Origin: Thelocarpon superellum
Taxonomy: Eukaryota
Assembly: GCA_026025795.1 (NCBI GenBank)
Contig: JAPEUG010000008.1
Location: 1-64,000, forward strand
DNA length: 64,000 bases
Reading direction: 5' to 3'
Shown: positions 63,534 to 64,000 of the stretch, piece after piece
Position numbering within the stretch: position 1 is the first letter of the stretch
How the letters are laid out: each line of letters opens with the position of its first letter
The notes under the pieces: model-generated
Seen by the model: the letters and a program-made list of their open reading frames with translations, nothing else
Databases searched by the model: none
Told to the model about the DNA's origin: nothing
Program-made: the position numbers and the translations under genes

Positions 63534-64000
63534 CTACAATGTCTTCTTCCCCGGGGTGTTCCTTACCGGCTGACTATACAACCAAAGAGCAACAAAGGCA
63601 AGCCATCCCGCAATCGTGGTGGCAATGCCCGCGATCCAGACCCAAGCGCCGCTGATCTCCCAGCTACGAGGCCACTCGTCATGCGCGAAATGGCGAACGG
63701 TGACGGTGCGTTTCTCGTCCACGGCGCTCAGGAATGGCCGCTTATAGTTGACTCGGAACGTGAACATGCCGTGTTGATCGGGCAGCGAGAAAGACGCCGT
63801 GTAGAGGCTGGAGTTGGCTGTTTGTCGGAGCGGCGTCAGGGGCAGGCGGTGGAAGGGCGATAGCATGCTGAATTCAAGCTGTACCGCGTCCTCGGCCGGT
63901 GCCGTGTACGGTGTGTAGTGCGTGTAGCTGTATTCCGAGAGTTCGATGGTAAAGGTCTGGGCACGTTAGCTGGGTCGGGGAAGACGGTGGAGCCAAGACA
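63534..64000 (-). CDS. WBP1: Oligosaccharyltransferase subunit Wbp1/OST48, C-terminal part (gene continues beyond the window)
   Basis: LEFSMLSPFHRL...LPDQHGMFTFRVNYKRPFL...VRHFAHDEWPRSW, C-terminal TM and KKxx ER-retrieval signal (KKTL). Confidence 0.92.

Overview
GC-rich, intron-containing fungal DNA, most likely a filamentous ascomycete (Pezizomycotina). The first ~12 kb is a transposon nest. A degenerate hAT DNA transposon (494-11654; 11-bp TIRs, 8-bp TSD GTACCTAC) is interrupted by a full-length Ty3/Gypsy chromovirus (565-8929; 177-bp LTRs, 5-bp TSD CAAAT), and a solo LTR of the same family follows (11990-12163; TSD CCCTT). The gag-pol and hAT transposase are broken mainly by CpG-type transitions. 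The retroelement also carries an intact extra 326-aa ORF (Zn-finger-like N-terminus, acidic tract, NLS-like C-terminus) followed directly by a tandem array of 35-bp palindromic units. This is the most unusual signal in the window. The rest is ordinary gene-dense sequence: two Pth11-like membrane proteins, Rsr1 GTPase, the mccB-ivdA-(unknown)-mccA leucine catabolism cluster, a MARVEL protein, an SDR, a DUF1752-type protein, a GT90 glycosyltransferase, a Zn2Cys6/NAD(P)-binding/MFS module with a shared promoter motif, an Arg/Glu-rich protein and the 3' end of WBP1. All calls were made by eye without database searches; exon boundaries and some starts are approximate.
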